A DNA stretch of 64,000 nucleotides from a virus. The stretch lies in the IMG/VR virus record IMGVR_UViG_3300045988_088194. One strand, 5' to 3'. A program made the translations under genes and the position numbers. Shown here piece by piece: positions 48,806-58,075 of the stretch; position 1 is the first letter of the stretch, and the number at the start of each line of letters is the position of its first letter. Below the pieces are notes generated by a model. It did no database searches. It was not told where the DNA came from and saw only the letters and a program-made list of their open reading frames with translations.

Positions 48806-50050
48806 TTACTTAAAGTTGAATTTAAATGTATCCTCATAATTAGGCTGAGTACTTCTATATATATAACATTCCTCTCCACCTATAACTTTTGTAGCAACAG
48901 GCTCTGGAGTTGTACTTGGTGTACTAATAACCCAGTTATCAGCTGCTGCACCTCCAGCATTAACATCTTGAACTTGTGTAAGAGTTCCAAATCTCTTAGG
49001 ATAAATGTATGTGCAAATACCTTCTACAGGAATTGTAATAGCAACATTATATGCTTCTTTACTTGTAGCTACTTCCTTAGTAAAACCATTTACTACCTCA
49101 TCTGAGAGATTATTGAAATCTGTGTCTAAAGGAGCCGCTCCATAATACCTATAATATGTTTTCTTGAAAGTGACTGTAGTGCTTCCATTATAGGTTTTAC
49201 CCTTGTAAACTACTACCACTCTATAAGTTGTAGTTGTAGTTACATCAGTGAATACCTTGTAGTTCACTGATGGGTCTACTGTTTCTCCATTTACAGTTAC
49301 AGAGTCTGGAGTAAGAGTCTGACCATTCTTCTGAAGTTTCCATGTTACAGTGATTACTTGAGTAGTACCTTCATCATATGTTCCTCCTCCAGATACAGAA
49401 AGGGTAGTAGGAAATACTTTTTCATCAAGTTGGGCAAGCAATTCATTCATTGCATTGATTTGCAATGTGATTACCTTATTCTGAACTGGATTTACAGAAG
49501 TTTCACTAAGAGCATCATCTACAGTTACAGGACTTCCTCCTTGGATTTCTATATTCCCTTCACCAGTTATTTCCTGACCATTGATAGTCTTAAACTTCTG
49601 GTTAGAAATAGCTTCACTTAACTCATCCTTAGAAGCTAAACCAGAAGTGTCAGGGATATCACTTTTAAGAGCATAGTTTCCTTTTGGCTGATAAAGTTCC
49701 TGTGCTTTTACTTCAGACAACAGTCCTTCTATTGAAGGTATATCAGACTTTTGAGCATATTCAAGAAGTGCTGTATTTAAGGCATCTTCTGTAACATAGT
49801 TTTTAAGGTCTGGAATTATAATCCCCAATTCTTCAAGAGAGAGGTTCCCTTCAAGAACTACATTATTAATCTTAGGTTTATTCTCTAAGTCATTGTAGTT
49901 TGAAGTTCCTTCTCCAGAACTGGTACCTATTTTTCTCCATCCTCCATCATACACATGAAGAGTGTTGATATTGTTATCACCTGCCTTTATCCAAAGGACA
50001 TTATGTAATGCAGGAGGAGTAGTAGAAAATACAATATCTCTGATTATCAT
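48806..50050 (-). CDS. fibre protein
   Basis: The motif YNDLENKPKINNVVLEGNLSLEELGI is typical of phage fibre shafts. It lies downstream of the portal gene. Confidence 0.55.
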   Translation of the reverse strand: MIIRDIVFSTTPPALHNVLWIKAGDNNINTLHVYDGGWRKIGTSSGEGTSNYNDLENKPKINNVVLEGNLSLEELGIIIPDLKNYVTEDALNTALLEYAQKSDIPSIEGLLSEVKAQELYQPKGNYALKSDIPDTSGLASKDELSEAISNQKFKTINGQEITGEGNIEIQGGSPVTVDDALSETSVNPVQNKVITLQINAMNELLAQLDEKVFPTTLSVSGGGTYDEGTTQVITVTWKLQKNGQTLTPDSVTVNGETVDPSVNYKVFTDVTTTTTYRVVVVYKGKTYNGSTTVTFKKTYYRYYGAAPLDTDFNNLSDEVVNGFTKEVATSKEAYNVAITIPVEGICTYIYPKRFGTLTQVQDVNAGGAAADNWVISTPSTTPEPVATKVIGGEECYIYRSTQPNYEDTFKFNFK

Positions 50051-50058
50051 AGCTAAAA

Positions 50059-52482
50059 TTATTTACTACTTACTGGTTTCTTGTTTATTTGTTTCTCCTT
50101 TAATCTGGCATCCTCTTCCTGCTTATCTCTCTGTACCTTGAGTTTCTCCCTTTCAAAGGCCATTTTAGTATCAAACTCTCTTATCTGCTCCCTAAGTTTT
50201 GCAGCTGCTTCTTCAGACATAGGCTCCTGAATACCATCATTAATGTCTACTTCTGAGTCCTGAAGTTTAGATTGAGCATTAATCTGGGCAACAAGAATCT
50301 TGGTCTCATTATCTCTCTGATTAAGCATATCTTCCTGCTGCATCTTCTGCATTTCAGTCTGCTGTTGCATCTGAGCTTGTTGCTGCTGAGCCTGAAGCTG
50401 CTGCTGTTGCTGCTGTTGAGCCATTTCCCTTATCTTCCTTTCATCATTCTCAACCATTCTTTGCTTTTCAGCAAGGGACGAAGCACCATATATCTTCATT
50501 ATAGTTGAGAATGAAAGGGTCTGATTCTGTAGGGCTGCCTGAGCAAGTGTCTCAAGTTGAGACTGTAACTTTTGAAGTCCTTCAGAGTTGTCTACTACAA
50601 GACCATAGTCAGCTTCTGCAAATTCATCTCCATCTATATTTACTATCTGCATTGAATTGTCAGACAGTATATACTGGAACTTCTTGCTTCTTCCTTTAAG
50701 GGCTACTTTTGCAGTTTCAAGGAAGCACTCAAGGGCTCTCCTCTTCACATCATCATGTATAGTAAAGAGCCATTCTGTTATATGTGATGACTGGAGAGTT
50801 GCTCTCTCAACACCACCTACAGTCTCTCTATTGCTTATCTGACCTTCTCTCTGTCTTGTGATACCTGCAACTTCAGACATCTCAAGCTTGATAAACTCAA
50901 GAAGGTTTATATATTGCTGTATGTTATTACCCCAGTCAGCATCAATCACACCTGTAGAGGCATTATTAAGTGCTCCTGCAAGCTTTCCTGTTGCAGCACC
51001 TATATTTCCCTCTTTGAAGGAATCTACTACAGCAATTCCATTAACCTTGGCATAGTACAACCATTTCTCTATTTCCCATCCTTTTGGAACCTTAGCAAGG
51101 TCAAGCTGTATAATCTTACCCCAGTTCTTAGCAATCATCTTGTTAAGTCTATCATGAACAGCATCATACAAATAGTTATACTGCTTCATCATATCAACAA
51201 GAGAGAAAGGTCTTGATTCATTAAGGTTATATATAGAACCTACTATACCAAAATGACATCTTGATGGATTTGAAAGCCTGTTGTACTGTACAACTCTTGG
51301 TCTCATATTGACATATATATCCTGACCAATCTTTGTTCCTTCCCAAGCTTCATTAATCCAGAATGTCTGCTCTTCTTCTCCTAAGTCAGGATTACAGATA
51401 TAAGTCTCTGGGTAGAAGTTGAAAGTCTCTTCACCTGTTTCAGGGTCATAGGACTTTACCTTCTTTATCTTCCTTCTTGATTTCCAGTACATTCTTAGAA
51501 CTCTAAGATTACCTGCAAGGTCATAAGGAAGCAGGGAGTTTACCACTGCATCTGAGAACAGGTTAAGTGGGTCAAAGTAGAAACCATCAGTAACTACTTC
51601 ATCCCCTACCATATTATTATTTACAAATCCATACCTCTCATCTATATTATCCATAGAGTCTGAATAGGCTTGACCTATATGGTCAGGCAGCTTTTCAATA
51701 TACTCCATATCCTTTTTAGAGAGAACATCATAGAAAGTATCTATAACCCTTCCTGGGCTCCAGTAATCTTCTATGATTATAACATCTGCATCTTCTATCC
51801 TATTGGAATAGCCAGACTTGAACACTCTTATCTTAAGAGGATTTACCCTTTCAATGACTGGTTCCCCTCCTACTATATCACACTGATAAATCTCTTCACC
51901 CACAGTCATGGCATCCATGAAACCATTGTTGAAGAGAAGTGGCATATTATATTCCTTTATATAATGATTGAGAAGAGCATTTGCTCTTATCTCTCTCATA
52001 TCCTGCCATTGGTATGTATAGTAGTCATTAAGCTTCTCTAACTCCTGATTGAAATCTTCCTCAGAGAGTGAGTTGTCAGCAATCAACTGTTGAAGTGAAG
52101 CAAGAAGCTGCTCCTTCTTATGGTCTTCAACCTCTGTTACAGCATTAGGATTAGTCACTACCACCTTAAAGTCAAATACCCTCTTTGACTCCTCACCTCT
52201 AAGAACATTCAGTTTGGAGTTCATAATAGGATAGTGCTGTATTCTGTCAGGTATGTAGCCTACCTTTATGCTTTCTGGGTTTATGATTGCTTCCATGTCC
52301 TCCATGTGGAGCTTTCCATTAAGGAGGTCATAGTTTATCTTCTTATGTATTGTGCTTTTCCTTACAGGAGAATAGTTGAAGAATGTCTTGGAATCTGCCC
52401 AATCCATACATTGCTTCCTCCACTTCTTTGTCTTCTGTGAGAAGGGCAGTTGTTGCCTTGGAAAATTAATAAATTCTGACAT
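50059..52482 (-). CDS. portal protein (putative)
   Basis: 807-aa ORF directly downstream of TerL, with a Gln-rich, charged C-terminal tail. Confidence 0.65.
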   Translation of the reverse strand: MSEFINFPRQQLPFSQKTKKWRKQCMDWADSKTFFNYSPVRKSTIHKKINYDLLNGKLHMEDMEAIINPESIKVGYIPDRIQHYPIMNSKLNVLRGEESKRVFDFKVVVTNPNAVTEVEDHKKEQLLASLQQLIADNSLSEEDFNQELEKLNDYYTYQWQDMREIRANALLNHYIKEYNMPLLFNNGFMDAMTVGEEIYQCDIVGGEPVIERVNPLKIRVFKSGYSNRIEDADVIIIEDYWSPGRVIDTFYDVLSKKDMEYIEKLPDHIGQAYSDSMDNIDERYGFVNNNMVGDEVVTDGFYFDPLNLFSDAVVNSLLPYDLAGNLRVLRMYWKSRRKIKKVKSYDPETGEETFNFYPETYICNPDLGEEEQTFWINEAWEGTKIGQDIYVNMRPRVVQYNRLSNPSRCHFGIVGSIYNLNESRPFSLVDMMKQYNYLYDAVHDRLNKMIAKNWGKIIQLDLAKVPKGWEIEKWLYYAKVNGIAVVDSFKEGNIGAATGKLAGALNNASTGVIDADWGNNIQQYINLLEFIKLEMSEVAGITRQREGQISNRETVGGVERATLQSSHITEWLFTIHDDVKRRALECFLETAKVALKGRSKKFQYILSDNSMQIVNIDGDEFAEADYGLVVDNSEGLQKLQSQLETLAQAALQNQTLSFSTIMKIYGASSLAEKQRMVENDERKIREMAQQQQQQQLQAQQQQAQMQQQTEMQKMQQEDMLNQRDNETKILVAQINAQSKLQDSEVDINDGIQEPMSEEAAAKLREQIREFDTKMAFEREKLKVQRDKQEEDARLKEKQINKKPVSSK

Positions 52483-52503
52483 TCTTAGTTCTTTTTAACT
52501 GTG

Positions 52504-52511
52504 CAAAAGTA
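52504..52511 (-). promoter_or_regulatory. -7 box TACTTTTG
   Basis: TAnnTTTG 22 nt upstream of ATG 52482, right after the terminator hairpin. Confidence 0.5.
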
Positions 52512-52516
52512 ATAAA

Positions 52517-52544
52517 ACTTATCCTATTAAACAATAGGATAAGT
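52517..52544 (-). terminator. intrinsic terminator
   Basis: 12-bp stem ACTTATCCTATT/AATAGGATAAGT, then TTTTATTACTTTT on the minus strand. Confidence 0.7.
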
Positions 52545-52562
52545 AAATTATTAAGGGTAGTA

Positions 52563-54818
52563 TTACTTTTTGCTAAATTTCATCAATCTATCATCATAAT
52601 TAATCCTGAAGAAAGGGTCATTACCTAAATAATCAGCTGATACCTTATCATCATCCCTCTTTATATCTCCCTGATACAGAATTACTTTCTCCTCTCTATA
52701 CAGCATTACCATACCTAATGCCCTTACCCTATCCACATTTACATCTGGATTAAACAGAATAAGCTCCTTAAGGAGAGCCCTATTTCTTATTCTATAGAGA
52801 TTGAATATGGTAGTCTCAACTTGCTCACCATCTACTTCCTGTACAACTGTTATTGGCTTAAGCAACCAATCCCTTATAAGAGTGTTAGCATAGTTGTTAA
52901 TAGGAGCTGTTGCATTCACTCCTTTTGATTTATTACCCACTCCTATGACTTTTATAAGGTCCTTATCCTTAAGATATTCAGGAGTATCTGCAAGAAGATA
53001 TGTGCAGTTCATTCTTGAGAAGTATGCAAATATACCTTTCTTATTGTTCTCATAGAGGCACTTTGCATTATAGAACAGACAAAGTTTCCTAACCATCTCA
53101 AAGTTCTCATCAGCATGTGTTTTCCTTCCAGTATACTCTGCTACTATCTGGTCTGTCCATAGGTCAAGAACAAAGGTTGAAGTGAGAGAAAGTGTAGCTG
53201 ACTCATCATCATCAACAGGGTCATGACCTATAATATACCTGTCAGGAAATACCCTACCCTCTCTGTTCTTCTCTGGAAGATTGAATATCTCAAGTGCACC
53301 TTCTACCTTATTATCTTTTAGAGGGAAATCTCTGATTGGCAAATCAGTAGTAGGACAGAACTCTACTTCTCCCTTGGCATTCTGTATCAGAGTACCTGTG
53401 TAGACATCATCAAACTCTCTTGGATTATTATCCAACTGATTAAGTCTTTCGTTCAGGTCTGTAACTGGAAACAGATTACCCTTTGTCTTAAGGATAGCTT
53501 CCTGTGGAGTTATAGGGATTTCAGCAATTCTCTTGGTTATTGAGTTGATGTCAGTAGAGTTATACTTTACAAGATACCTATCCCTAAGTATCTCAAGAAG
53601 AGCCTTTGTTACATCTGAATTTCCATCCTTATCATAACATTCTGCCCTATTCATATAACCAGGGAAGAAGAAAGTAAATAACTTTCTACCCTGACCCTCC
53701 TTATCATAGACATTTGGAAGGTCCTGCATATTATATCCAACAGGGTTATACATAATCTCCTGAGCTGAAGCAAAGTCAGACTCCTTATCTCCAGCAGTAC
53801 CATACATGAAGATAAGACCATATATATTCTCTCCATCCTCCACTGATGGTCTAAGAGTATTGTAAAGACCAAGAAGTCTTGGAAATGTACCAAACTCCTC
53901 TATAAGATAGAGTACACCTCTTGAACCTCTCAACTTAGACTCATCATCCTTGGATGTGATGCCTATTACTGAGTTAAGAGTTCCCTTCTTAGTACCACTA
54001 TCAAGGTCCTGGTAGCCCATAGTCCACTGAAGATTCTGCATGGTATTGACCAGTCTCTTTGAAGGGAACTGGGTATTCTGAGCACAGAAGTCTATATATC
54101 CAGAAAACATGTCAAGTATCTGGTTAGCACCTGACAGATACTTCTTTTCAGAGGCAGTTACAACACACTGTACTTTCTTGTTTACTTTAATAGATTCACC
54201 AAGTATGAACCTTTTTGCAAGAAGTGATGCACCAAAATAACTTTTTCCTTTGCCTCTTGAAGCTAGTTCAGCAGCATGATGCCCATTTTTTCTGGCTATA
54301 TTAAGATAATGTGATAAATAATAATGACCCTCCCAGAATTTAGGAAAGTCTATAACCCTATTAGCTCTTCTTCCTCCTTTTTCATCCTTTCTATCCTGAA
54401 GAATAGGACAATAATTGAGGAAAAAATATAGGTCACCAGTTATCCATTCACCATCAGAAGGTCTGACATAACCTTCATAGCATCTTCTTATTTCCTCTCT
54501 AATCCACTTACCAAACTCAGAATTTGGGTTTGGATTAGGCCTCAGGTCTGTAAATCTTCCAGTCTCCTTATAATGTATTGCTGTTGGTCTGAAGTAATCA
54601 CTATCCTCTATTATATGGGGCTTTGTTATATCAATTATAATCTTGCCTTCTTCATCCCTTGGAAGGTCACAAGCCCTTGGTCTGTTTTCTGAAATCAGAC
54701 TCCTTATGTATGGGGTGTTATTCACGAAGTCCCAAAATTGGTCCTGTATCTCTTGGGGTTCATTTTCCAGGTTGAGGAGTTCATAAGGAGTCTGGTATCT
54801 ATTCCATCTTATATCCAT
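52563..54818 (-). CDS. terL: terminase large subunit
   Basis: Walker A ASRGKGKS, Walker B-like VLYLIEEFG, and a C-terminal Asp-rich nuclease segment IIGHDPVDDD. 751 aa. Confidence 0.85.
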   Translation of the reverse strand: MDIRWNRYQTPYELLNLENEPQEIQDQFWDFVNNTPYIRSLISENRPRACDLPRDEEGKIIIDITKPHIIEDSDYFRPTAIHYKETGRFTDLRPNPNPNSEFGKWIREEIRRCYEGYVRPSDGEWITGDLYFFLNYCPILQDRKDEKGGRRANRVIDFPKFWEGHYYLSHYLNIARKNGHHAAELASRGKGKSYFGASLLAKRFILGESIKVNKKVQCVVTASEKKYLSGANQILDMFSGYIDFCAQNTQFPSKRLVNTMQNLQWTMGYQDLDSGTKKGTLNSVIGITSKDDESKLRGSRGVLYLIEEFGTFPRLLGLYNTLRPSVEDGENIYGLIFMYGTAGDKESDFASAQEIMYNPVGYNMQDLPNVYDKEGQGRKLFTFFFPGYMNRAECYDKDGNSDVTKALLEILRDRYLVKYNSTDINSITKRIAEIPITPQEAILKTKGNLFPVTDLNERLNQLDNNPREFDDVYTGTLIQNAKGEVEFCPTTDLPIRDFPLKDNKVEGALEIFNLPEKNREGRVFPDRYIIGHDPVDDDESATLSLTSTFVLDLWTDQIVAEYTGRKTHADENFEMVRKLCLFYNAKCLYENNKKGIFAYFSRMNCTYLLADTPEYLKDKDLIKVIGVGNKSKGVNATAPINNYANTLIRDWLLKPITVVQEVDGEQVETTIFNLYRIRNRALLKELILFNPDVNVDRVRALGMVMLYREEKVILYQGDIKRDDDKVSADYLGNDPFFRINYDDRLMKFSKK

Positions 54819-55110
54819 CTATCACCTCCTTTCCTTCCTCTGACATTACCCACTTGAGCACCTCATATGTAAAGAAAGGTTCCATAAGGTCCCATACCTT
54901 GGAGTCATCAGTTCCTGATGTATTTATAGACTGTTTTACCTTCAATACTGAAGTACTCTTTCCTGCAAAATGAAGAAACAGTTCCAATGTAAGTTCCTTA
55001 TATGCCTTTATCTTCAGTGGTTTGCTGGTCTTTCTTACAATGAACCTTATAAATGGATTCTTTGTTCTTTCTATTACCAACCTTGTAAGTGCCCTTATTA
55101 TCTCTTCCAT
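54799..55110 (-). CDS. hypothetical protein
   Basis: 103-aa ORF overlapping the TerL start by 20 nt. Confidence 0.45.
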   Translation of the reverse strand: MEEIIRALTRLVIERTKNPFIRFIVRKTSKPLKIKAYKELTLELFLHFAGKSTSVLKVKQSINTSGTDDSKVWDLMEPFFTYEVLKWVMSEEGKEVIDGYKME

Positions 55111-55125
55111 ATTTAACTTACTAAT

Positions 55126-55692
55126 TTATAAGATTATACCATCATCAAAAAGAGTCTTGTTATTACCACCTCTTGCTCTTCCAGCCTCTTCAAGTTCCTT
55201 TTGAACCGCCCTTTCAGCTTCGGAAAGAGACTTAGCAAGTTCTGGAATCTGTTTTATAGCAGAGGTTATGGTATTCACAGGATATACAGGCTTACCCTTA
55301 TCATCCCTTTCATTAAGGTCTATGTTCCTAAGAAACTCCCTTAACTTGTCTATGGCAACTCTTGTATCCTGAAGAAGCAGAGTAGAGGAGGTATTGCATA
55401 ACTTTGCATAGATGTCCATGGCTTCTTCAAGTTCCTTTGAAGGTTTGAAGTCTTCTGGAAGACCTTCCTGTATTTTTATCTCCTTTGCCCTTTCCTCTGG
55501 GTCAGTTATATACATATATGAACTGATTGGGTCAGTCATAAAATAAAGATAACTTATCTGCTGCCAGAACTTCTCCTTAGAAGAAGACCTATCCTGATTG
55601 AAAAGTTTCCTTATAGGTCTCACAAGATAGGCTTCATCTGACAACTTTAACTGGTAATTGTCATATTCTATTAACTTCATATCTATAACCAA
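55126..55692 (-). CDS. hypothetical protein (small terminase candidate by position only)
   Basis: 188-aa helical ORF upstream of TerL. Confidence 0.35.
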   Translation of the reverse strand: MVIDMKLIEYDNYQLKLSDEAYLVRPIRKLFNQDRSSSKEKFWQQISYLYFMTDPISSYMYITDPEERAKEIKIQEGLPEDFKPSKELEEAMDIYAKLCNTSSTLLLQDTRVAIDKLREFLRNIDLNERDDKGKPVYPVNTITSAIKQIPELAKSLSEAERAVQKELEEAGRARGGNNKTLFDDGIIL

Positions 55693-55721
55693 TAAAAGCC
55701 AGTCTATGACTGGCTATATAA

Positions 55722-56168
55722 CTAAGATACTATCTTGCTTGTTCCTGGGGCATAGATTCCAGCCTTGGCTGCTCTTGATTCTACTGTTTCCTCAGGGGTA
55801 TCATCTTCATATTCCTCTATGACAAAATCCACATCCTGTGTTTCAAGGAGCAAATGAGGGACTCCATCAAGTTCTATGATTGGAAGGTTATAGCCAATCA
55901 CTGGATTGTCCTCAATAACTCCATCCTTTAGAGAGCCTTGTTTATGTTTCATCACTGCATATCTTGCAGGATTAATCATAACTATATCTCCTACCTTAAG
56001 TCCAGCAGGATTAGAACCTACTGCTACAATCCTTTGATATTCCTTGACAGAACCTGCCTGCTTCTGTGCTACTACAAGACCACTTTCAGTAGTCTGGTCT
56101 TCCTCATATCTATCAAGTGTTGTCACTATTTTAGTAAATAGTGGTCTAATTTTCTTTATATTAAGCAT
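55722..56168 (-). CDS. GroES/gp31-like co-chaperonin
   Basis: IRPLFTKIV...ESGLVV......YQRIVAVGSNPAGLKVGDIVMIN follows the GroES pattern IRPL.DRV...e....GI.......g.V.AVG......VKVGD.V. Confidence 0.55.
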   Translation of the reverse strand: MLNIKKIRPLFTKIVTTLDRYEEDQTTESGLVVAQKQAGSVKEYQRIVAVGSNPAGLKVGDIVMINPARYAVMKHKQGSLKDGVIEDNPVIGYNLPIIELDGVPHLLLETQDVDFVIEEYEDDTPEETVESRAAKAGIYAPGTSKIVS

Positions 56169-56436
56169 TACTTCTACTCTTTAAACTATTGAGATACTTA
56201 AATCTCCTCTTCATTCCCAAATACCTGTCATAGGTACATATAAGTTTGCCCAATGATGGAACATTGAAACATGTCCTGAGCTCATTAAATTCCTCTTCAG
56301 TAAGGTTTTCCTTTAAAGGTAGTTCTGTGATTGTCTCTCTAATGAACTTCCAGAATGTCCTATAGGCTAAAGATACAACCTCTTCAGGTATTCCTGTTTC
56401 CTGAGAGACTCTCTCAAATATTGGCTTATAGTTCAT
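56161..56436 (-). CDS. small hypothetical protein (weakly HU/IHF-like)
   Basis: 91 aa, helical N-terminus then ...VPSLGKL. The resemblance is weak. Confidence 0.3.
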   Translation of the reverse strand: MNYKPIFERVSQETGIPEEVVSLAYRTFWKFIRETITELPLKENLTEEEFNELRTCFNVPSLGKLICTYDRYLGMKRRFKYLNSLKSRSNA

Positions 56437-56813
56437 TACTTCAATGTAAAGTATAACAGCAACTTAAATGAACCAGATTCTTCATCTATATTAGGTATGA
56501 ATCTTGGATTTATCTTTCCATCCACAATTATCTGATTCTTTCTAAGTTTACCCATTATCACTTGAAAGTGAGGAAGGGTTATATTGCATTCCTCCCTCAC
56601 TATTCTTTTGGTATCTTCACTCATCAATACCTTATCAAGTATATCTGGGTCTTTAACTACCTTACTTAGTTTATATCTCTGCTTGACAAATGCAGTAGCC
56701 ACATCCATTTCTCTTGCTGTAAGTCTATGGAATGGCTCAAGAAATTCAAACCATTTTCTAAAGAAGGAATCAATATTGCCTGGAACCATTACTACACTGT
56801 CAGGCTTCTTCAT
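56436..56813 (-). CDS. hypothetical protein, possible HTH regulator
   Basis: 125 aa. LTAREMDVATAFV resembles LuxR-type LT.RE..V. Confidence 0.3.
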   Translation of the reverse strand: MKKPDSVVMVPGNIDSFFRKWFEFLEPFHRLTAREMDVATAFVKQRYKLSKVVKDPDILDKVLMSEDTKRIVREECNITLPHFQVIMGKLRKNQIIVDGKINPRFIPNIDEESGSFKLLLYFTLK

Positions 56814-56815
56814 AA

Positions 56816-57112
56816 TTATTCCTTTGCTTTAGGCTCAGTAGTATCCTCTTCTGGTGTATCTTCAGAAAGAGTCATAAGTGACTCAATCTCTGTTACACAC
56901 TTACCTACAAATTCATCACTGAACATATGTGAGAACTCCATAACCTTGAACAGATAGTTGAGTCTCTCAAACATATTCTTATAGTTGAGGTCATTAAGAG
57001 CTCTTCTCAACTGCATATTCTGCTGTTGAAGCTGTCCAGCTATGTTCCTAAGTTCCTCATAACTGAGCTGCTTTGGCTGCTCAGGTGTCTGTGTTTTTAC
57101 TTTCTCTTCCAT
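56816..57112 (-). CDS. coiled-coil hypothetical protein
   Basis: 98-aa ORF. Confidence 0.4.
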   Translation of the reverse strand: MEEKVKTQTPEQPKQLSYEELRNIAGQLQQQNMQLRRALNDLNYKNMFERLNYLFKVMEFSHMFSDEFVGKCVTEIESLMTLSEDTPEEDTTEPKAKE

Positions 57113-57327
57113 TATACTTCTTCTCCTGTTAAAAAATTCCTACCATACTTCTGTTCATACATCTTCTCCCAAGTATGTATGTCAGTCTTACCAACTTCAG
57201 TACTACCGCATTCATCACAGAAATCAAGATAATCAGCATCTATAGAATCATCTACTGACTTAATGTTAAGTGATAGGCAATGCTTGCAGTAAAATACTGG
57301 TTCACTATTGAAATCTTGCTCTATCAT
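57112..57327 (-). CDS. zinc-ribbon protein
   Basis: 71 aa with CKHC...CDEC (two CxxC pairs). Confidence 0.5.
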   Translation of the reverse strand: MIEQDFNSEPVFYCKHCLSLNIKSVDDSIDADYLDFCDECGSTEVGKTDIHTWEKMYEQKYGRNFLTGEEV

Positions 57328-57590
57328 ATTACTCTTTTACCTGTGATTCTTTCCCAAATTCTCTTCTTCTCAATATTAGCCTCTCTACCCTTAGTATGCT
57401 TCTTGTTGTTAAAAGGTCTTTTTGGGAGAATATAACCAAAGCTGGTTATGTGTCCCTTCTTAAAGGCTCTCTTTACTGACTTAAATCTTTTGACACACTC
57501 AAAGTATTGAAGATTAAGTGTGTTTCTAAGCAAGTCCTGAAACTTTTCCTCTGAAATAGGAGCAACCTCCTTTACATTCTTCTCTTCCAT
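57324..57590 (-). CDS. basic hypothetical protein
   Basis: 88-aa Lys/Arg-rich ORF. Confidence 0.4.
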   Translation of the reverse strand: MEEKNVKEVAPISEEKFQDLLRNTLNLQYFECVKRFKSVKRAFKKGHITSFGYILPKRPFNNKKHTKGREANIEKKRIWERITGKRVI

Positions 57591-57601
57591 TGCCTTGAAA
57601 T

Positions 57602-57757
57602 TTAAGCATAATAGGTCAAGATAAACTGACCTCCTTCCTTAAGGAGAGATACAATAGCATCTCTCTGTATGCCCAGTTCATTAGACTGTTTTACTATCTC
57701 CCTGATAGTATCACCATAGATGGCATACATTATTTTAACATTCTTATCTTCTCCCAT
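57602..57757 (-). CDS. small hypothetical protein (51 aa, below the track cutoff)
   Basis: Hand translation MGEDKNVKIMYAIYGDTIREIVKQSNELGIQRDAIVSLLKEGGQFILTYYA. Confidence 0.35.
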   Translation of the reverse strand: MGEDKNVKIMYAIYGDTIREIVKQSNELGIQRDAIVSLLKEGGQFILTYYA

Positions 57758-57776
57758 AGTATTGAATATTAATCAG

Positions 57777-57859
57777 TTGCGGGAGGGGGACTTGAACCCC
57801 CGAGGCTAAAGAGCAGGAGCTTATGAGACTCCCCAGATACCAACTTCTGACATCCCGCA
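57777..57859 (-). tRNA. type-II (Leu-like) tRNA with anticodon CAU
   Basis: Acceptor TGCGGGA/TCCCGCA with A73. Anticodon arm GGAGT-CTCATAA-GCTCC. 14-nt variable arm TGCTCTTTAGCCTC. T arm GGGGG-TTCAAGT-CCCCC. Folded by hand. Confidence 0.6.
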
Positions 57860-57869
57860 ATATTTATTG

Positions 57870-57941
57870 AGCCTTCTATTGGAATTGAACCAATATCTAC
57901 TGATTACAAGTCAGTTATAATAACCTTTATACTAAGAAGGC
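57870..57941 (-). tRNA. tRNA-Thr(UGU)
   Basis: Acceptor GCCTTCT/AGAAGGC. Anticodon arm ACTGA-CTTGTAA-TCAGT. T arm ATTGG-TTCAATT-CCAAT. Confidence 0.8.
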
Positions 57942-57985
57942 AACAACACTCTTATAGTATGCTTATAAGCCTTAAGAGTTTATTG

Positions 57986-58068
57986 TGGGGATAGAGGGAC
58001 TTGAACCCTCAAGAGACATGCTCATGGGTGTTTAAGACCCACATGTTTACCAGTTTCATCATATCCCC
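57986..58068 (-). tRNA. tRNA-Leu(UAA)
   Basis: Acceptor GGGGATA/TATCCCC with A73. Anticodon arm TGGGT-CTTAAAC-ACCCA. Long variable arm. T arm GAGGG-TTCAAGT-CCCTC. Confidence 0.8.
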
Positions 58069-58075
58069 AATCCTT

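Noticed and set aside
57942-57985. AACAACAC 8-mer in a tRNA spacer, resembling the early motif core
   Set aside because: No TGGGA element lies at the conserved 13-nt spacing, and the 8-mer reads on the plus strand inside a minus-strand tRNA array, with no plus-strand gene downstream of it.
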